This document shows positions 12,059-25,715 of a stretch of DNA of 60,461 bases, one piece after another. A program made the position numbers and the translations under genes. This stretch comes from Sarea resinae. Its lineage: Eukaryota. The stretch lies in contig JAPEUD010000071.1 in NCBI GenBank assembly GCA_026026165.1, positions 62,001 to 122,461 on the forward strand, given 5' to 3'. The notes beneath the pieces were generated by a model. The model ran no database searches. It had not been told where the DNA came from and was given only the letters and a program-made list of their open reading frames with translations. How positions within the stretch are numbered: position 1 is the stretch's first letter; each line of letters starts with the position of its first letter.

Positions 12059-12963
12059 AGCTGTTGTTTAAGCCAGGTAAGTGCGAGGCTTCTGTTTGTG
12101 AGGCGTGAGGCGTGTGGAGAGGCACGTTTGCGGGAAAGATTGATAGCTAAGAGGGGATGTCGGGCTAGTTCAAGGATGTGACGAAGGCAAGCTGCAGGCA
12201 GCCGGCAAGAGATGCAGGTTCGATAGAGAGACAGACGGGTAGGTACCGAGCCAAATGCAGTCACTGCCTATCGGTGAGACAAGCAAGAAGTGGAAGATGG
12301 GGCGTGGCTGGTGACTGGGGGGCGGGATCGTGAATACTCTACAGATTGAAGATTCAGGAGAATTGGCGACGGAATCGATTTGACTTGTCGAGGCGAGACG
12401 AGACGAGATGAGACGAGATAAGACGAGAGTAGCAAGTGTGAGCTTTTTGCTACCGGCTCCACGTCTGATTGAAGGATCTCAATTGACTAGAAGTAGAGTA
12501 GAGTACGGATACTCTGTGGAAATGCTGATGGTGAGTGGATGTTCGTAGCGAATGGGCGGTCAAGGGGGGCCACCAGAGCTTAATTGGACGATAATATGAT
12601 ATGATGGAGCATCACCATTTGGGATTAGGGGACTCGACTCCGGTGTGCTACGTTGATCACAGATTCATGGATAGCCGCCATCAGACGAGGAGCGTCTATA
12701 CCGCAGTGCAGAATGGCTACCACGGTACTGTGTACGGCGTAGTACTCCAGAGTAGTGATCCACTAGCTAAGGTGGGGATTCGGAATGATCCAATCGAGAA
12801 TCACAAGAGCTGTTCATGATGAATGACAGATTCTCCCAGTAATTGGAAGATAGTCCCCTCTACTCATGTGCCATGGCAGTGGCAGTGCCATTGGCACATG
12901 CATGAAAAGTAATCTCAGAGTATCATTCATCTGTTCGTTGCGACTGTCCTCGAGCTGTTGCTT

Positions 12964-12990
12964 TACCTACCTACCTAAGGTAGGTAGGTA
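12964..12990. repeat. Near-perfect palindrome TACCTACCTACCT-A-AGGTAGGTAGGTA
   Basis: 13-bp arms with a 1-nt centre, read directly. Confidence 0.92.
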
Positions 12991-13194
12991 TGGTACTGAA
13001 CGACGACATGGTAGCATCCCAACTCAGTCCAGCGTATTGACGCTTTGCAAGGTACCCTCAAGGGCCTCAACCACCTGACCCTTACCTGAAGTACCGAAAG
13101 TACCTTGGACTCGGACCCTGACTCCAGAATGGTCTGTCGCTTTGTTCCACCGTCACTATCCTCAAGTACACAGTACGTCGAACACCACACCTGA

Positions 13195-13227
13195 CTCGCA
13201 CCTTACCTAAGACAAGTAAGGTGCGAG
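13195..13227. repeat. Inverted repeat CTCGCACCTTAC-N9-GTAAGGTGCGAG
   Basis: 12-bp perfect arms with a 9-nt loop. Confidence 0.92.
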
Positions 13228-14305
13228 GGGCCCTCGTCGCTTGTCCCATCCTTCATCTCCTCAAGCTTCTGACTACAGAACTACTAGTCCCGAGTTACAG
13301 CGTGCTACCCGCCAGGCATCTCAATATTCAAGGCTGACAACTACCTACTGCAGCTTTCAACTTTCGTTCAAAAATTATACAGTCAATGGCAGCTTGACAA
13401 ATGGGAGCGTCTCGGCATCGCTGATGGAGAGGAGGTGTGGGCGCTCAACACAATTGGCCGTCAGCCTCGCCGCAACTTCCAATCGATAGGCTCTGGAACT
13501 TCACTACTGTCCATCGATTTCATAGGATGTGAATTCTTGGCCTTATCTCAGCCGCCTATGGATTGGACGAGCGTTCTCCTGCCAGAACGGCCCGGGACAC
13601 GCGCGCGTCTGACGACATGGATGTTTCCATGGCTTGCAGAGAGAGCTGTGGTCTTTGGAGATGCCAGCAGCCCGAGAGGCTCGCGAATCGCCTTCGAATC
13701 TCAGCGATAGTTGTAGAGGCTCTTTAAGCTGTGATATTCGAACGGTAGATCGTATCATGTCGTCTTGTCACATGCCTTCTTCCACTCACATCGAAGTCAC
13801 GTCACAGAGTCCGAATGCTCATAGCATACCTAGCATATCCCTCAAATGAGTCGGCCTCATTTCTCGTAGAGTGCCCAGCTTGCCAGAAGAGATGTTGTAT
13901 GCATACGCAGCAGTGTGTCTATCCAAGATAAATAGGAAATCCATATGGATAGGTCCATGGATAGCAAATCAAATACCCGATCCGGTGTATCACGAATGCC
14001 GCTGTCGCGTACTGCTCCGGAGTACGTATTTATCTGACGGCAGGCTCCACGTAACCGAGCCATTGACTGATCTGGTCGTCACACTCTCCTGTAGACTACC
14101 ATGTAGACGGGACTGTAGCTTCCAGTTCGTATTCGGAGCTTGCATCGTTGCACCATTGCACACACGATACACATGCTGGGCTTAGCTAGAAAAAGCTGCA
14201 CTTCCTCTCAGCCAGCAGACCCTTCATATTTGATTGAGCAACAGCGTCCGAAGTGCTCTTCTCCCGAAGTTCAGTCCTGAGGTTCCGTTCGAAGGATCAG
14301 GCAAG

Positions 14306-16728
14306 ATGGCGGACGAGCAGGCGGCTGAGAACATCACCGCGGATACTCCTGTGGAGTCCAATGGATCTCCTTCTTTCGACGAGACTCCTGCCGTGAATAG
14401 CCCAGCTCCCGATGAATCCTCGGCACTTGCACCAGTCGACGAGTCCGCAAAACTGGTCGAGAATGTCCTTTATTCAGACGTGCGTCACTATTGTCTCGAT
14501 CTCTGATGAATGACGCTAATGCCAAGCAGATCGGCGTTACGACGTTGCTGAGCAGATTGAAACAAAGCATTGCTTCGGCGCGGGTGAGAACTGATGCCTC
14601 CAATCGCCGCTTGACGCATATCTTGCTAACAATCGCCAGGACTTCTCAACATTCCTCAAGAAAAGGTCGAGTCTGGAAGAAGAGCACGCGCAGGGCCTCA
14701 AGAAACTCTGCAAATCGACACACGACTCCATCAAACGGCCCGAGAGTCGAGGGGGCTCGTATGCCTCGCAATACAATGAGATCACCCGCATACATGAACG
14801 CATGGCAGAAAATGGGATGCAATTCGCGTTGTCCTTACACCAGATGCACGATGACCTAGGCGATCTGTCCTCTTCCATGGACCGGCAGCGCAAACAATTG
14901 AAGCAGACTGGTCTGAACGCGGAGAAACGAGTATCCGATGCGGAGTCCCTGATGGAAAAGGCAAAGGCGAAATACGATTCGTTGGCCGAAGACTACGACC
15001 GTGTCCGCACAGGAGACAGGCAGTCGGGCAAGAAATTTGGGCTAAAGGGTCCGAAGTCTGCTGCTCAGCAGGAGGAAGATCTACATCGCAAAGTGCAGGG
15101 TGCTGACGCCGATTACGCGTCGAAAGTGCAGTCAGCACAAGGCTTGCGTCAAGAGCTCCTGACGACATTGAGGCCGCAGACGATTAAAGCATTGCAAGCT
15201 CTCATCACAGAGTGCGACTCGGCTTTGACGCTTCAGCTGGCAAAGTTTGGTATGCGAACGTCGCCGAGTTCCGCTACATGCATGCTAACACTATTCTAGC
15301 ATCCTTTAATGAGAAGTTACTTCTCAGCAATGGACTCTGTGTCAGCCCGCTAAAGTCCCAGGAGGCTCAAGGACCGACAACAGCAAGCATCCGCGAGGCC
15401 GTGAGCCGGATCGATAATGAGAGAGATTTGAGGAACTACATATCTAGTTTCACCCCGAAAGTGCCACCCAAGCGTGGTGATATCAAATACGAACGTCATC
15501 CGGTAAGGATCTGTTCCCTATGGCTCTCTGGGGGAGTAGCTAATGATATACAGTCCCTTGCACCTGCCCAACAAACCCCGTCGTCTGCCAATCGTCAATC
15601 GATGACGCTCAATCAAGCAGCAGCTCCGCCATTCAGCGTGCATGCCCCCCCGCATGATCCGGCCCAGGGTAATACTGCACCCACCCAGGGTCCTGACAGC
15701 CACTATCCGACGGAGAAAGGGGACTTGGGTTCTCCGACCCAAAGCCCCTTTCCTCCAGCATCGAACAATGGGCCACTTCATCTGGTGGATCATGAGGCGG
15801 TCTCTCAAATTCCACCACGGCCGTTGCAGCCGGCGGGCGGCCCAGCAGGCGGTCAAACAAGCGGTATCACGTATTCTGATCTGCCTCCGCTCAAGCCTGT
15901 CTTTGGCGTGTCCCTGGATGAGCTATACAGAAGAGACAGCTCTGCGGTACCAATGATAGTCTATCAGTGCCTGCAAGCCATCGATTTGTTTGGTCTGGAA
16001 ATGGAAGGAATCTATCGCTTGTCAGGGACGGCTTCTCATATCGCGAAGCTCAAGTCCATGTTCGATAATGGTAAGAGGCAATGCCTTCGCGACGCAGAAC
16101 ACAAATTGACCATGACTAGATTCTTCGCAAGTGGACTTTAGGAATCCAGAGAGCTTCTTCCACGACGTTAACAGCGTTGCCGGCTTACTAAAGCAGTTCT
16201 TTAGAGATCTTCCTGATCCTCTCCTGACCGCGGAGCATTACGTCGAATTTATCAATGCTGCTCGTATGACCCCATTTCAGACTCATGCGTGCAATGAATA
16301 TAGAAGCTACCATGACAAGGACTAACACGTGTACTCAGGCATTGATGACGATATTATCCGTCGTGATTCGCTGCACGCCATCATCAATAGTCTACCCGAT
16401 CCTAACTATGCCACTCTCCGAGCTCTGACCCTCGTATGTCTTTCCCTCTACTACTGGCAGCCTCAAGGAAACCAAAGACTGATTGATGACGCAGCATCTC
16501 AATCGCGTGCAAGAACACTCCCAAGCCAACAGAATGACCGCGGGCAATCTAGCAATTTGTTTTGGGTAAGTCTCTGCTTTGCCCACTTTCTAAGTCCGTC
16601 TAACAAGGCTTGATAGACCAACCCTCATGGGCTCTGACACGGGCCCCAATATCGCCGATGCGGGATGGCAAGTCCGCGTCATCGATACCATCCTACAAAA
16701 CACGTACCAGATCTTCGATGAGGATTAG
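14306..16728 (+). CDS. RGD1: F-BAR (FCH) plus RhoGAP protein, Rgd1-like
   Basis: N-terminal LLSRLKQSIASAR|DFSTFLKKRSSLEEEHAQGL (F-BAR). GAP domain VFGVSL...PMIVYQC...EGIYRLSG (arginine finger), VAGLLKQFFRDLPDPLLT, NRMTAGNLAICFG|PTLMG. Ends QIFDED*. Confidence 0.92.
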
Positions 16729-18426
16729 GGAGGATTTCAAGTTCCCGTAAAATTTTTGCCTCTCTTGGAGAACAGGAAGATTTACTGCCGATTGGTGTAT
16801 TTCGGGCCGGTGTTGGGATGTGGTCTTGGAACCTTGTAGTGTATCCAAGTCTATCCTGCGCTGGTTGGTGGGATGAAATCTTCTGTCAGTAAGATTGGGC
16901 AAGAGAAATACTAGAGAGATAGGGGGAAGGGGGGGGGAGGGTTGTGGGGAAACAACTGCGGCGGGGGAGAGGAAGAGAGCGCGGGCAAAAAGAGGATAGA
17001 TTTATTTCCGCTTGGATATCAAACATCCTCGACTTTGATTGACTCTTTGCCTTGGAAGCTCTGATTGGGGTTTTCTTTACCTTACTCTTTTGACATTTCT
17101 TCCCCTATTGTATTAGTCTATCACGTCTCTTCACTGCTAGCAAGCAAGCAAGAGTAAGGTAGCTTCGTTATATCATCTCTCTGATCTCCATGCTATTCCT
17201 CTTGCTTGCTCGAAGCTGGATTTAGGGCACGAGTAAGCACCGCAGACTCTTGAGTTCTTTTGGACGTTTTATACCTACCTTACCTTACCTACTAAGGTGG
17301 TATTGAAATTATCGCTACCTACCTTAGTCTTGTGTCGTCTGCTCTAGACATTAGATAGATCCAAGACATTCCCTTCCTTCCCCCCTTTTCTTGTCTCTTC
17401 TTCTCTTGTTCAAGCACTCACTACCAAGCACGCTAAACAAGCAGAGACGTCCGACGGTTTTTTCTCCCCCTCCCCCCCTCTCTTTCAAACTTGTGTGAAT
17501 CCTAGATGAGATCCTGTGGAACAGAAGTTCTAAGATGTGAATCACCACCAACAGACTTAAATTCCAATAGGCTAGGTAGGTAAGCTAGGTGGGCTAGGCT
17601 GGGCTATAGATACCTAGTAGCTAGCTGGTTTCTAAGAGTCTAGGTAGGTACGTAGGTTCTTTTGTTCCATAAGCTAGCTCGTAGGGAGGAAGGATTTTTT
17701 TTTTTTGGTTTTTTTCTTATAGGAATGTAGTGTAGTGTAGATCTACACAGCAAAGCGGTAAGGTGTCTACAAGAGAAAACAGATTGGTCAAGTTCCTTTT
17801 TGGCATTTGGAGATTTGTCTCTCCTAATCTATTGTATTTATCTCCTCGGTGAGCTCAAGGCTCCTTCGTCAGCTTTGCTCTCCTCTCCTCTCCGAACTCT
17901 CCCATCATCTCCCTCCCCGAGTAAAGCCGCCTTCGCTCTTCCTCTGTCTCTCAGACGAGCAGAGCACAAACATGATATCAAGAAAGGAAGTGAAGCGAAG
18001 AAAAACGTAAAGACGAAAAGAAAACGGTGATGCACAGCACACGGGAGGAAAATGGAAGATAATAGGGAAAAGGCCGAAGGCATCGCGTTGCAGACGGACC
18101 AGGGCAAATAGTATACACATCCATCCATGCTCCTTGAGATCGATACGAAGAGAGATGAGGGACATAGGAGAGATGAGCGGGAGTGATGCGAGTGACGTCC
18201 GTGATTGAGCTTGAAAGCCACGTAGAAAAAGCCGAGTCATTAGTACTTGAGATGGCCAGATACCACAGCATAGCAACACATGCATGGCATGCATCTAAAA
18301 GAGCTCATGTAGCCTTTTGAAATTGGATCCCGACCAAACATAAGAAAGAATTTTCGCATAGAAACGAAAGAATACATAGCGACCAGGGGTATCGAATCCG
18401 AGAGAGAAAGGACTCCAATTCAATCA

Positions 18427-21109
18427 TCAAATATTCCCCGTGGGATATCTGCCGGGCGCATTACTGACACCACCCATTCCCGGGATCTGGCCCGGGGGCC
18501 CTCTTCCTCTTCCATGCGCCATCGGGTTCCGTCCGCGACCAAGTCCTGGAATCTCAAAGTCCGGGTTGCCGCCTAGGAGCATGTCTCTCTGCGAATTTTG
18601 CATCTGTCGTCGCATCGGCGGCCCTCCCATACCTGGCCCAGGTCCCATGCCCATGCCATGTGGCGGAGGACGCCAATTGGGATTCACGCCACGCTGAGAC
18701 ACGGATGTGAAGTGGCTCGTATCACTGGCTGCAGGTGAGCGGGTGCCCTCGTGCAGGTCTTCGTAAGAATTATTGCCATCGCCATTCAGAGGGACCCGAG
18801 CGGGAGAGTCGCTTCGACCATGTATGCCGTAGCCTGGTGTCAACGCTGGTGGCAAGTCCTCTGCGCTCTGTGGGACTGGTTCGGCTTCGGCGAATCGAGG
18901 GTCAACATCTTCGTAGTAGTTGCTCGAGTCTGCACGCTTGTGTCCTGGTGACGCCCTTGGAGACCCAACCACGGATGCGGGTTCAGCAGAAAGCTCGACC
19001 GGCGACCCGTGAGCGACCGCCAGATTGGCTGGTGAGCCCAACGGCAGTGGAGGAGTACCATTGCGTCCCGGGCCACCCCAATTGGCGCGCGGCGGAACAT
19101 AGCTAACTTCTCGTCAGCATCACAACCATATCAATGAGTCGACAAACTTACTCTTGATTCATACTGTAGACGCTAGAGGGACTGCGGATGAAGTTTCCCT
19201 GCTGCATTGGGCTTTCCTGTCGATCTTGTTGAAGTCCAACCATACCTTGCACATCGGCATCACTGTCCCTCAACTGATTAAATTGATTGAATCCTGGAGG
19301 CGGACGTGCAGGACTTCCAGTCGTCGCATCCATTTCGATGGCTTGGCCTACGACTTCGCCCGCACCTCCCTGAGGTAATAGAGGTGGCGGTGACTCTGCT
19401 CTTCCCACCAATTCACCAGAAGGATCCCTCTGTAGGCCCTGGGACGGGTCTCCACCTCTAGGGCCGTACCCATCCTGGCTACCAGGCGGCGCCGGAGACC
19501 CTCTGCCGACCATTGGCCCCTGGGGAGGAGCCGGAGAAGGTCTCCCGCCAAAGCCTCTCTGGCCACCGTACGGACCCGGAGACTGATTACGTTGATCATA
19601 CGGTCCCGGACTGCCTCGGCCTTGGGGTGGACCATTGAAGCCATTGTTGTATCCTGGAGGAGGTCCACGCCTCCCACGACCCGTCATCTCTCCCGCCATC
19701 ATGCCAGCACCTGCTCCTGCTGCCATGGGACCCATAGGGCCCATGCCTCGTCCACCACCATTCGGTCCGTTTGGAGGCGGTCCACGGTATCCTGCCGGAG
19801 GCCCACCTCTACCAAATCCTCCTCGAGGCGGATATCCTCCTCTGCCACGTCCGGGGAAGGGAAGCGGAGGGCCATTGGGCCTGCCTCCGTTGGGAGGACC
19901 ATTAGCGTACTGATTGCGCATTCGCGGGTCTGAAGCAGCTCGTCCAAAACCGGGCGGGACGGGTCCAAAAGCAGCTGATACGGGTAGAGGATTGCCAAAT
20001 TCGTCGCGAGGACCGTTGTACCCTCTTCCTTGTCCCCGGCGTGCTCCCTGCGGCATGCGATCTGGCCTTTGCGGGTCCATGCCTCCGTCTGCAACAGCCA
20101 TACCGATACTCTGGGTAGATTCAGGAACGCTGATTGCAGATTTGTTTGAAGGTATCGTATTCGTCGAGGTCAGGGGAATGTGCTCGTCGCCACTCTGTCG
20201 GCCTTGCTGAGTTACGTCAAATGTAGCAAACTGCGGAAGCTTGTCGTTTCCAGACGCGCCATTGACCATGGGGGCAACCGGTTCTCTGCCAAGGGGAGGC
20301 GGTGATTCTGCTCTGGCAGTGCCGCCACCAAAAACATTCGATCCGTTCATGTCCGGGTTCTCAGAGATCAACCTCTTTCGCGCCTTGCGACTGACAAGAG
20401 TACGACGCATCGCACAGGTGACGATCCCGCTTGCGCAGATGAGAATAGTTGCTGCCAAGACGATCCATCCCCCCCACTGAACGTGGGGCACAAATAATAG
20501 GATATCAACGAGAAAGGCCAGAAGCGTGACGAGGAGGGTCGGGAGAGTGAGAATGAGCAGCGCGAGGAGAAAACGCGGAGAGTGAGAGGGCTTGTGGAGG
20601 TGGGCACTCAAGGACATGATAAGGAGGATCAATGTTAGGAAGGCTGCAATCGGATGGACGATGAGAATGGAAGAAAGCGAGTGGCGAGTGTCTGACGGCA
20701 GCGAGAAATCATTGTTATCGTTGTTGTTGAATAAGCCATCTAGATAGTGAGACGTTAGCTGGAGTTCTGGTGAGGGTCTCCACACCCGAGGCGCATTTGG
20801 GCACGCTTCAAGGATCAAGCAGGAATGCCGAGTTGAAAGCATGCATGCACCAGGTTTTCGAAGCCCAGGTGGAAGAATCCAGTTTCCTCAAGCAGTATGG
20901 TGATATCCAAAAGAAGACGTACGTGTGCTATATCCTACCATGGCACCACTGCATTTGCTGCCTTTGCAGTAGCCAAAGACTCCAAAATCAACTCCCTGAA
21001 AGGTTGCCAGCGGAATTCCTTTGACGACGGGTGTCGAGATGGTGGACAGCACGAGTAGAACGAACGCGGCCAGTAGGATCACGGCCAGAGGTGTTGCAGG
21101 TCGCAACAT
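18427..21109 (-). CDS. palI: PalI/Rim9 (SUR7 family) ambient-pH signalling membrane protein with long Gly/Pro-rich tail
   Basis: MLRPATPLAVILLAAFVLLVLSTISTPVVKGIPLA...FGVFGYC...C, then LIVHPIAAFL, LAFLVDILLFVPHVQWGGWIVLAATIL, CAMRRTLVSRKARK. Two GT-AG introns. Confidence 0.92.
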
Positions 21110-23630
21110 GGTGAGGCTGCTTCTTGTCCGGACAAGCCGGCGGTTATTGTTGAGAGGACGACAATCTCACGATGATGATGATCGCTGATCGATGGGACAA
21201 ATTGCGACCGCAGATATGTCGGTGTGGGAGAGATCTGTTAAAGAGCGATGGTCCAGAGAGCGAGGATGATGGTCGTAAGGCGATCGCATCGAAATTGCAA
21301 TTATCAGTCCAACGATCGAGTCACGGCCGCCACCAAGTCCGCGATAGTAAAAAGAGTGTAAGGTCTCCAGGTCTCAGCGGGTCCGAGACGCGATCGATGG
21401 TGGTGGTGCTGAGACGTGCTGGGACGTGCTAGGCGTGTGCGGGTGAAGGCGAGGGAGAATTGGGTGGTGTCCAGCCACAATGGGGGAAGCAAGGAATGGA
21501 GGTGGGATAGGGTTTGGAAAGGGAAGGTCAGGTCGAAAGGGACAAATCAAATCAGGGCACCGGCACAGCAAGCAATGAACGTATGAATGGACCTGGACCT
21601 GCCAACTTCCTTCTTTCTCTCTCTCTTTACTGCAGCCGAAGGGCCAAATGAGCGCACAGCCTCGTTCCAGTCTCCAGGGCACGGCTTGAAGATGAAGGGG
21701 GAAAAGAATCTTCTGAGTGCAAGGAAAAAGAGATCTTGGTGGTGGTGAAGATGATGGTGATGATAATGAGATGGTGAACGACGATGGGGTTCTGAGGGTG
21801 AGGGTGGTCCCAGGGCCCCCATTGACCGCGCTACTTCAGTCTCGGGTACCGTCTGGTTCAGGAGAGTGGAGGCTCAGGCGCGTTTGAGCTTGACACTACC
21901 ACTGCAGCCGTACCTCTGGCGTGTGGAGCACTGCGCCTTGTTCTCGGTGCCGAAGTCGATCTCCAGCTGTCCAGGAAAGCAGCGAGAACGGGCGAAGACG
22001 ATACGAATGGGCAGCCCGCAGCCGTCTTCCATTGCTTTTGGGGCTTGCAGATACGGCAGGCCTGCGGGCTTCAATTCGATTCTCATCATCTACTGCATCC
22101 CGTCGCCCTGACGGGAATGTATCTGTCCCTGGCCCTGGCCCTTCCGAGGAAATTGGCAATAGCGCCAGCCATCCTCGTCATTCTTGTCATTTGGTGTGCG
22201 CGCCTCTCTTCTCTCTCAGGGCTCCTATCAACGGACACTGCGCCCTGTGCCTCACCAGGTACCGCCCACGTACGGGGCACGAGCTACGCGGTACTGCCAG
22301 TGACTGCCCGTCGCCGTTACTATTTTTACCCGGCCCTGGTTCGCCTCCAGATTCTCCTTATCTCGAGTCAAAGCGGCTCGTGTGTGACGGGCTGGTGAGG
22401 GTTGGCCCGTCTGTCTCTGAGGGTAGTCGCAAGTTGCCAATTCTTCGTAGATCTGTGTTGGGTACCTTGGAATTCATATGAGCCGCCTGGACCGTGAATT
22501 GATCTCAATTGAGCATCGAGGATCCAAAGTGATACGGTCAACGATGCACATGATCGACCGGAAAAGAACGTGGGCGTGGCAAGACCAAGACGACCAGGAC
22601 TGGGTATGCATCATATCGTCAACCCATCATGGCATCTATCCATGGATGCCACCTCGCTCTTCCGAGGCCGGCTTAGCATCCATCTTATCCAGTCCCGTCC
22701 GCCCAGTCAGTCCAGCCAGTCCCCTTGGAGGCGGCCAACCCCGACGAAACCTGACAGGATCGCATACGGGCAGTGCCCCAACGTGTGGGTACATTGAACG
22801 AAGTACTCCGTACATGACTTCATGTGTGATATCCATGTCTGTTGCACACCGGAATGCCTCGCAAGATGATTCATCTTGATTCTTGCCGGAGGAGAAAATG
22901 ATAAAGCGTCGTAAAGATGACTCGATTGTAATAGTCAGGACGCAAAGTCAACTGGTACGTGTCACTGACAACTTGCACCCTATGAACTGCGCGCACACGG
23001 GGCTCTTGCCGCCGAGGGGGCGCCTTGAGATGATGTTTCGAGGAGTCTACCGCAGTTAGAGGTTCGAGATCGTCGAGATCGATCACCGATCAACGATAAC
23101 CGTTTCCATGCTGATGGTCGTGCCGACGAATACGAATTGCTTGGCCACTCCACGGGCATCTCGCCGCAGCTCACCCGCAGCAATTGGCACCATAAATTCC
23201 CGATTCCCGAGCACGATTACGTTGAACCACCTGGAAATAGGAGATTGCGCGATGAAATACATTACTCGTACCTATTCTACTCGTGCGGCCCAGCTCCTTT
23301 CGAGCTGCTTACCAGCCCGAGGTAGCCTCGCCAAGCAACCTCGCCAGCGGCAAAACCCTGCTGGGCCCGCACGAGCACCGTGGCCGATCTTATCATTATC
23401 AATCAGATCAAGATAAGCCTGATCGGGCTTAGTCGCATCTCGGGGCCCATGAGTCCGATACCTACCTAGTAGACATCATCACTCATGTCCTCAACAACCA
23501 TGGAGCCCCAAATTTCTTCCCCACGCCCGCGCACATCTCGACAGCTTCCACTCGTGTCCGGCCCCGCCCCTCAAATCGCATAGTATTCTCTCCCCACCAG
23601 CCCGCGCCCATCACGGGCTTTACGGGCAGC

Positions 23631-25715
23631 ATGTTCCACCTTGGGTCCTCGGTGCGCCAACGAGCCTTTGGACGTTGTACAAGTTCCAAGCCCGACTTTG
23701 CAGCGTCAGCCATTCGGCGACAAATCCAGACCCAGCGATTCCAACCCTTTGTCCCGCCCCCTCCTAGCTCCCTGGGGAAAGCGGCTCCCCCAAAGACGTA
23801 CCGGCGGACGAGAAAATGGGGACGGCGTCTCGTGTATCTGACGCTGACCAGCGGTGTCATCTACGCCATCGACACTCAATTCTATGCCTCCTCGCTCACG
23901 CGCAGCGCACGAACGTTTGCCACGGGCGTCCTCGTCGCATCGGATTACAAGATAAATTTCCGGGCGCATCCTCCGCTTGGGGGCACCATCTCCGACCTTC
24001 ATCGACGCAGCGCCGAGCGCCTTTCAGACCTTCTCAGCACAAATGGAGGCCTCTACCTCAAGATTGGCCAGGCCATTGCCATGCAGTCAGCCGTCCTCCC
24101 TCCGGAGTTCCAGGCTATGTTTGCCAAAATGTTTGACGATGCGCCGCAGAACGACTGGAAAGACGTGGAGAAGGTTATCAGGGAAGACTTTGGAAAGTCC
24201 CCACAAGAAGTGTTTGGAATCAGCCTCGCGGGTGAACCAGGCAAGGGCGTGATGGAGACCACCGCAAGAGCTAGCGCAAGCGTAGCACAGGTCCACTGGG
24301 CAAGGCTGGCTGACGGGAGGGAGGTTGCCATAAAGATCCAAAAAAGAGAGATCGAAAAACAAGTTGGATGGGACTTGTGGGCTTTCAAGTATGACTACCC
24401 TCCCCTTCCCTAACACACACAGACACACACATACCTCTCCGCCACTTGTTATCGTAGACTAATCTGCTTTGTCTTGACCTTGGCTAATGTTCTGTACAGG
24501 GTCGTGACGAAAATCTACTCCACCATATTCGATTTACCATTATATAACCTCGTACCTTACATTACAGAGCGCTTAGAACTAGAAACCGACTTCGTGAACG
24601 AGGCAGATAATGCCGAGCGCATGGCCCAGCTGGTCTCTAATGAACCCCGGCTGAACGGGCGCGTCTATATACCCAAAGTCTATCGAGAGCTTAGCTCGAA
24701 GAGAGTCATGACCGCGGAATGGATCGAGGGTGTCCGATTATGGGACAAAGATGGCATCACTGCTTCGTGGAGGGGAGGCAGAGGTCGAGGCAGCCCCGGC
24801 AGCCATGGCACACCCCTCGACCGTCCCCGGAACGTCAACGTCAACCAGACGTCGCGAGAGGCGAGCCTGTCCGGAAAACTCAAACCCGACCGCACTTATT
24901 GGCGCGGCTCCAACGGCAAAGGCGGTCTTGGTGTCTCCCTCAAAGACGTCATGACGACCATGGTCGACCTCTTCTCGGCGCAGATGTTTCTCTGGGGCGT
25001 CGTCCACTGTGATCCGCATCCGGGCAACATCCTCGTCCGACGTCTCCCCTCGGGCAAAGCCGAGCTCGTCCTCCTCGACCACGGCCTCTACATTCAAATG
25101 AACCCCAAATTCCGCCACGAATACGCCCTGTTCTGGAAATCCCTGCTCACTTTCGACAACAAGACGCTCAACCGGATCGTCGAGGGCTGGGGCATCCGCA
25201 ACCCGGACATCTTCGCCTCCGCCACGCTCATGCGCCCGTACACGGGCGGCGACATGACCACGTCGGCCAGCATCAAGAAGGGCCTCAGCGGCAAAGAAGA
25301 GCAAGAGCGCGCGTACGAGATGCAGCAGAAGATGCGCAAAGGCATGAAGCAGATCCTCGGCGACGAGGAGAAATGGCCGCACGAGCTCATCTTCATTGGC
25401 CGCAATCTGCGCATCGTCCAGGGCAACAACCAGTTCCTCGGCTCGCCCGTCAACCGGATCAAGATCACCGGCACCTGGGCCAGTCGCTCGTTGGCCGAAA
25501 GCCCCGATCTGGGATGGCGCGAGAAGTTTGCGAATCTGGGGAGGCACATGGTGTTCAAGTTTGTGCTTTTCAGCAGCGATGTCGTCTTCTGGGCGAGCAA
25601 GGTGCGGCAGTTCTTCGGCGTCGGAGGAGGCATGGAGGACGAGATGGAGCGACAGATGAAGAATATCGCGAAAGATTTTGGCGTCGAGCTCAATCACGGC
25701 GTTTTTGACGGATGA
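23631..25715 (+). CDS. ABC1/UbiB (ADCK) atypical kinase, mitochondrial, Mcp2/Cqd2-like (1 intron)
   Basis: NGGLYLKIGQ (KxGQ), ASASVAQVH, VAIKIQ, ELETDFVNEA, HCDPHPGN and LLDHG motifs. Arg-rich presequence-like N-terminus. Confidence 0.9.

Noticed and set aside
16921..17480. G-rich then C-rich tracts between RGD1 and palI as a G-quadruplex or inverted element
   Set aside because: Consistent with G-rich 3' regions of two convergent genes; no specific long complementary arms found.
22128..23335. Scattered GCCARG sites upstream of palI
   Set aside because: About four sites in 2.5 kb is close to chance expectation.
24738..25697. 319-aa and 199-aa antisense ORFs over the ABC1 kinase
   Set aside because: Shadow ORFs expected from very high GC3 on the sense strand; no independent motifs.
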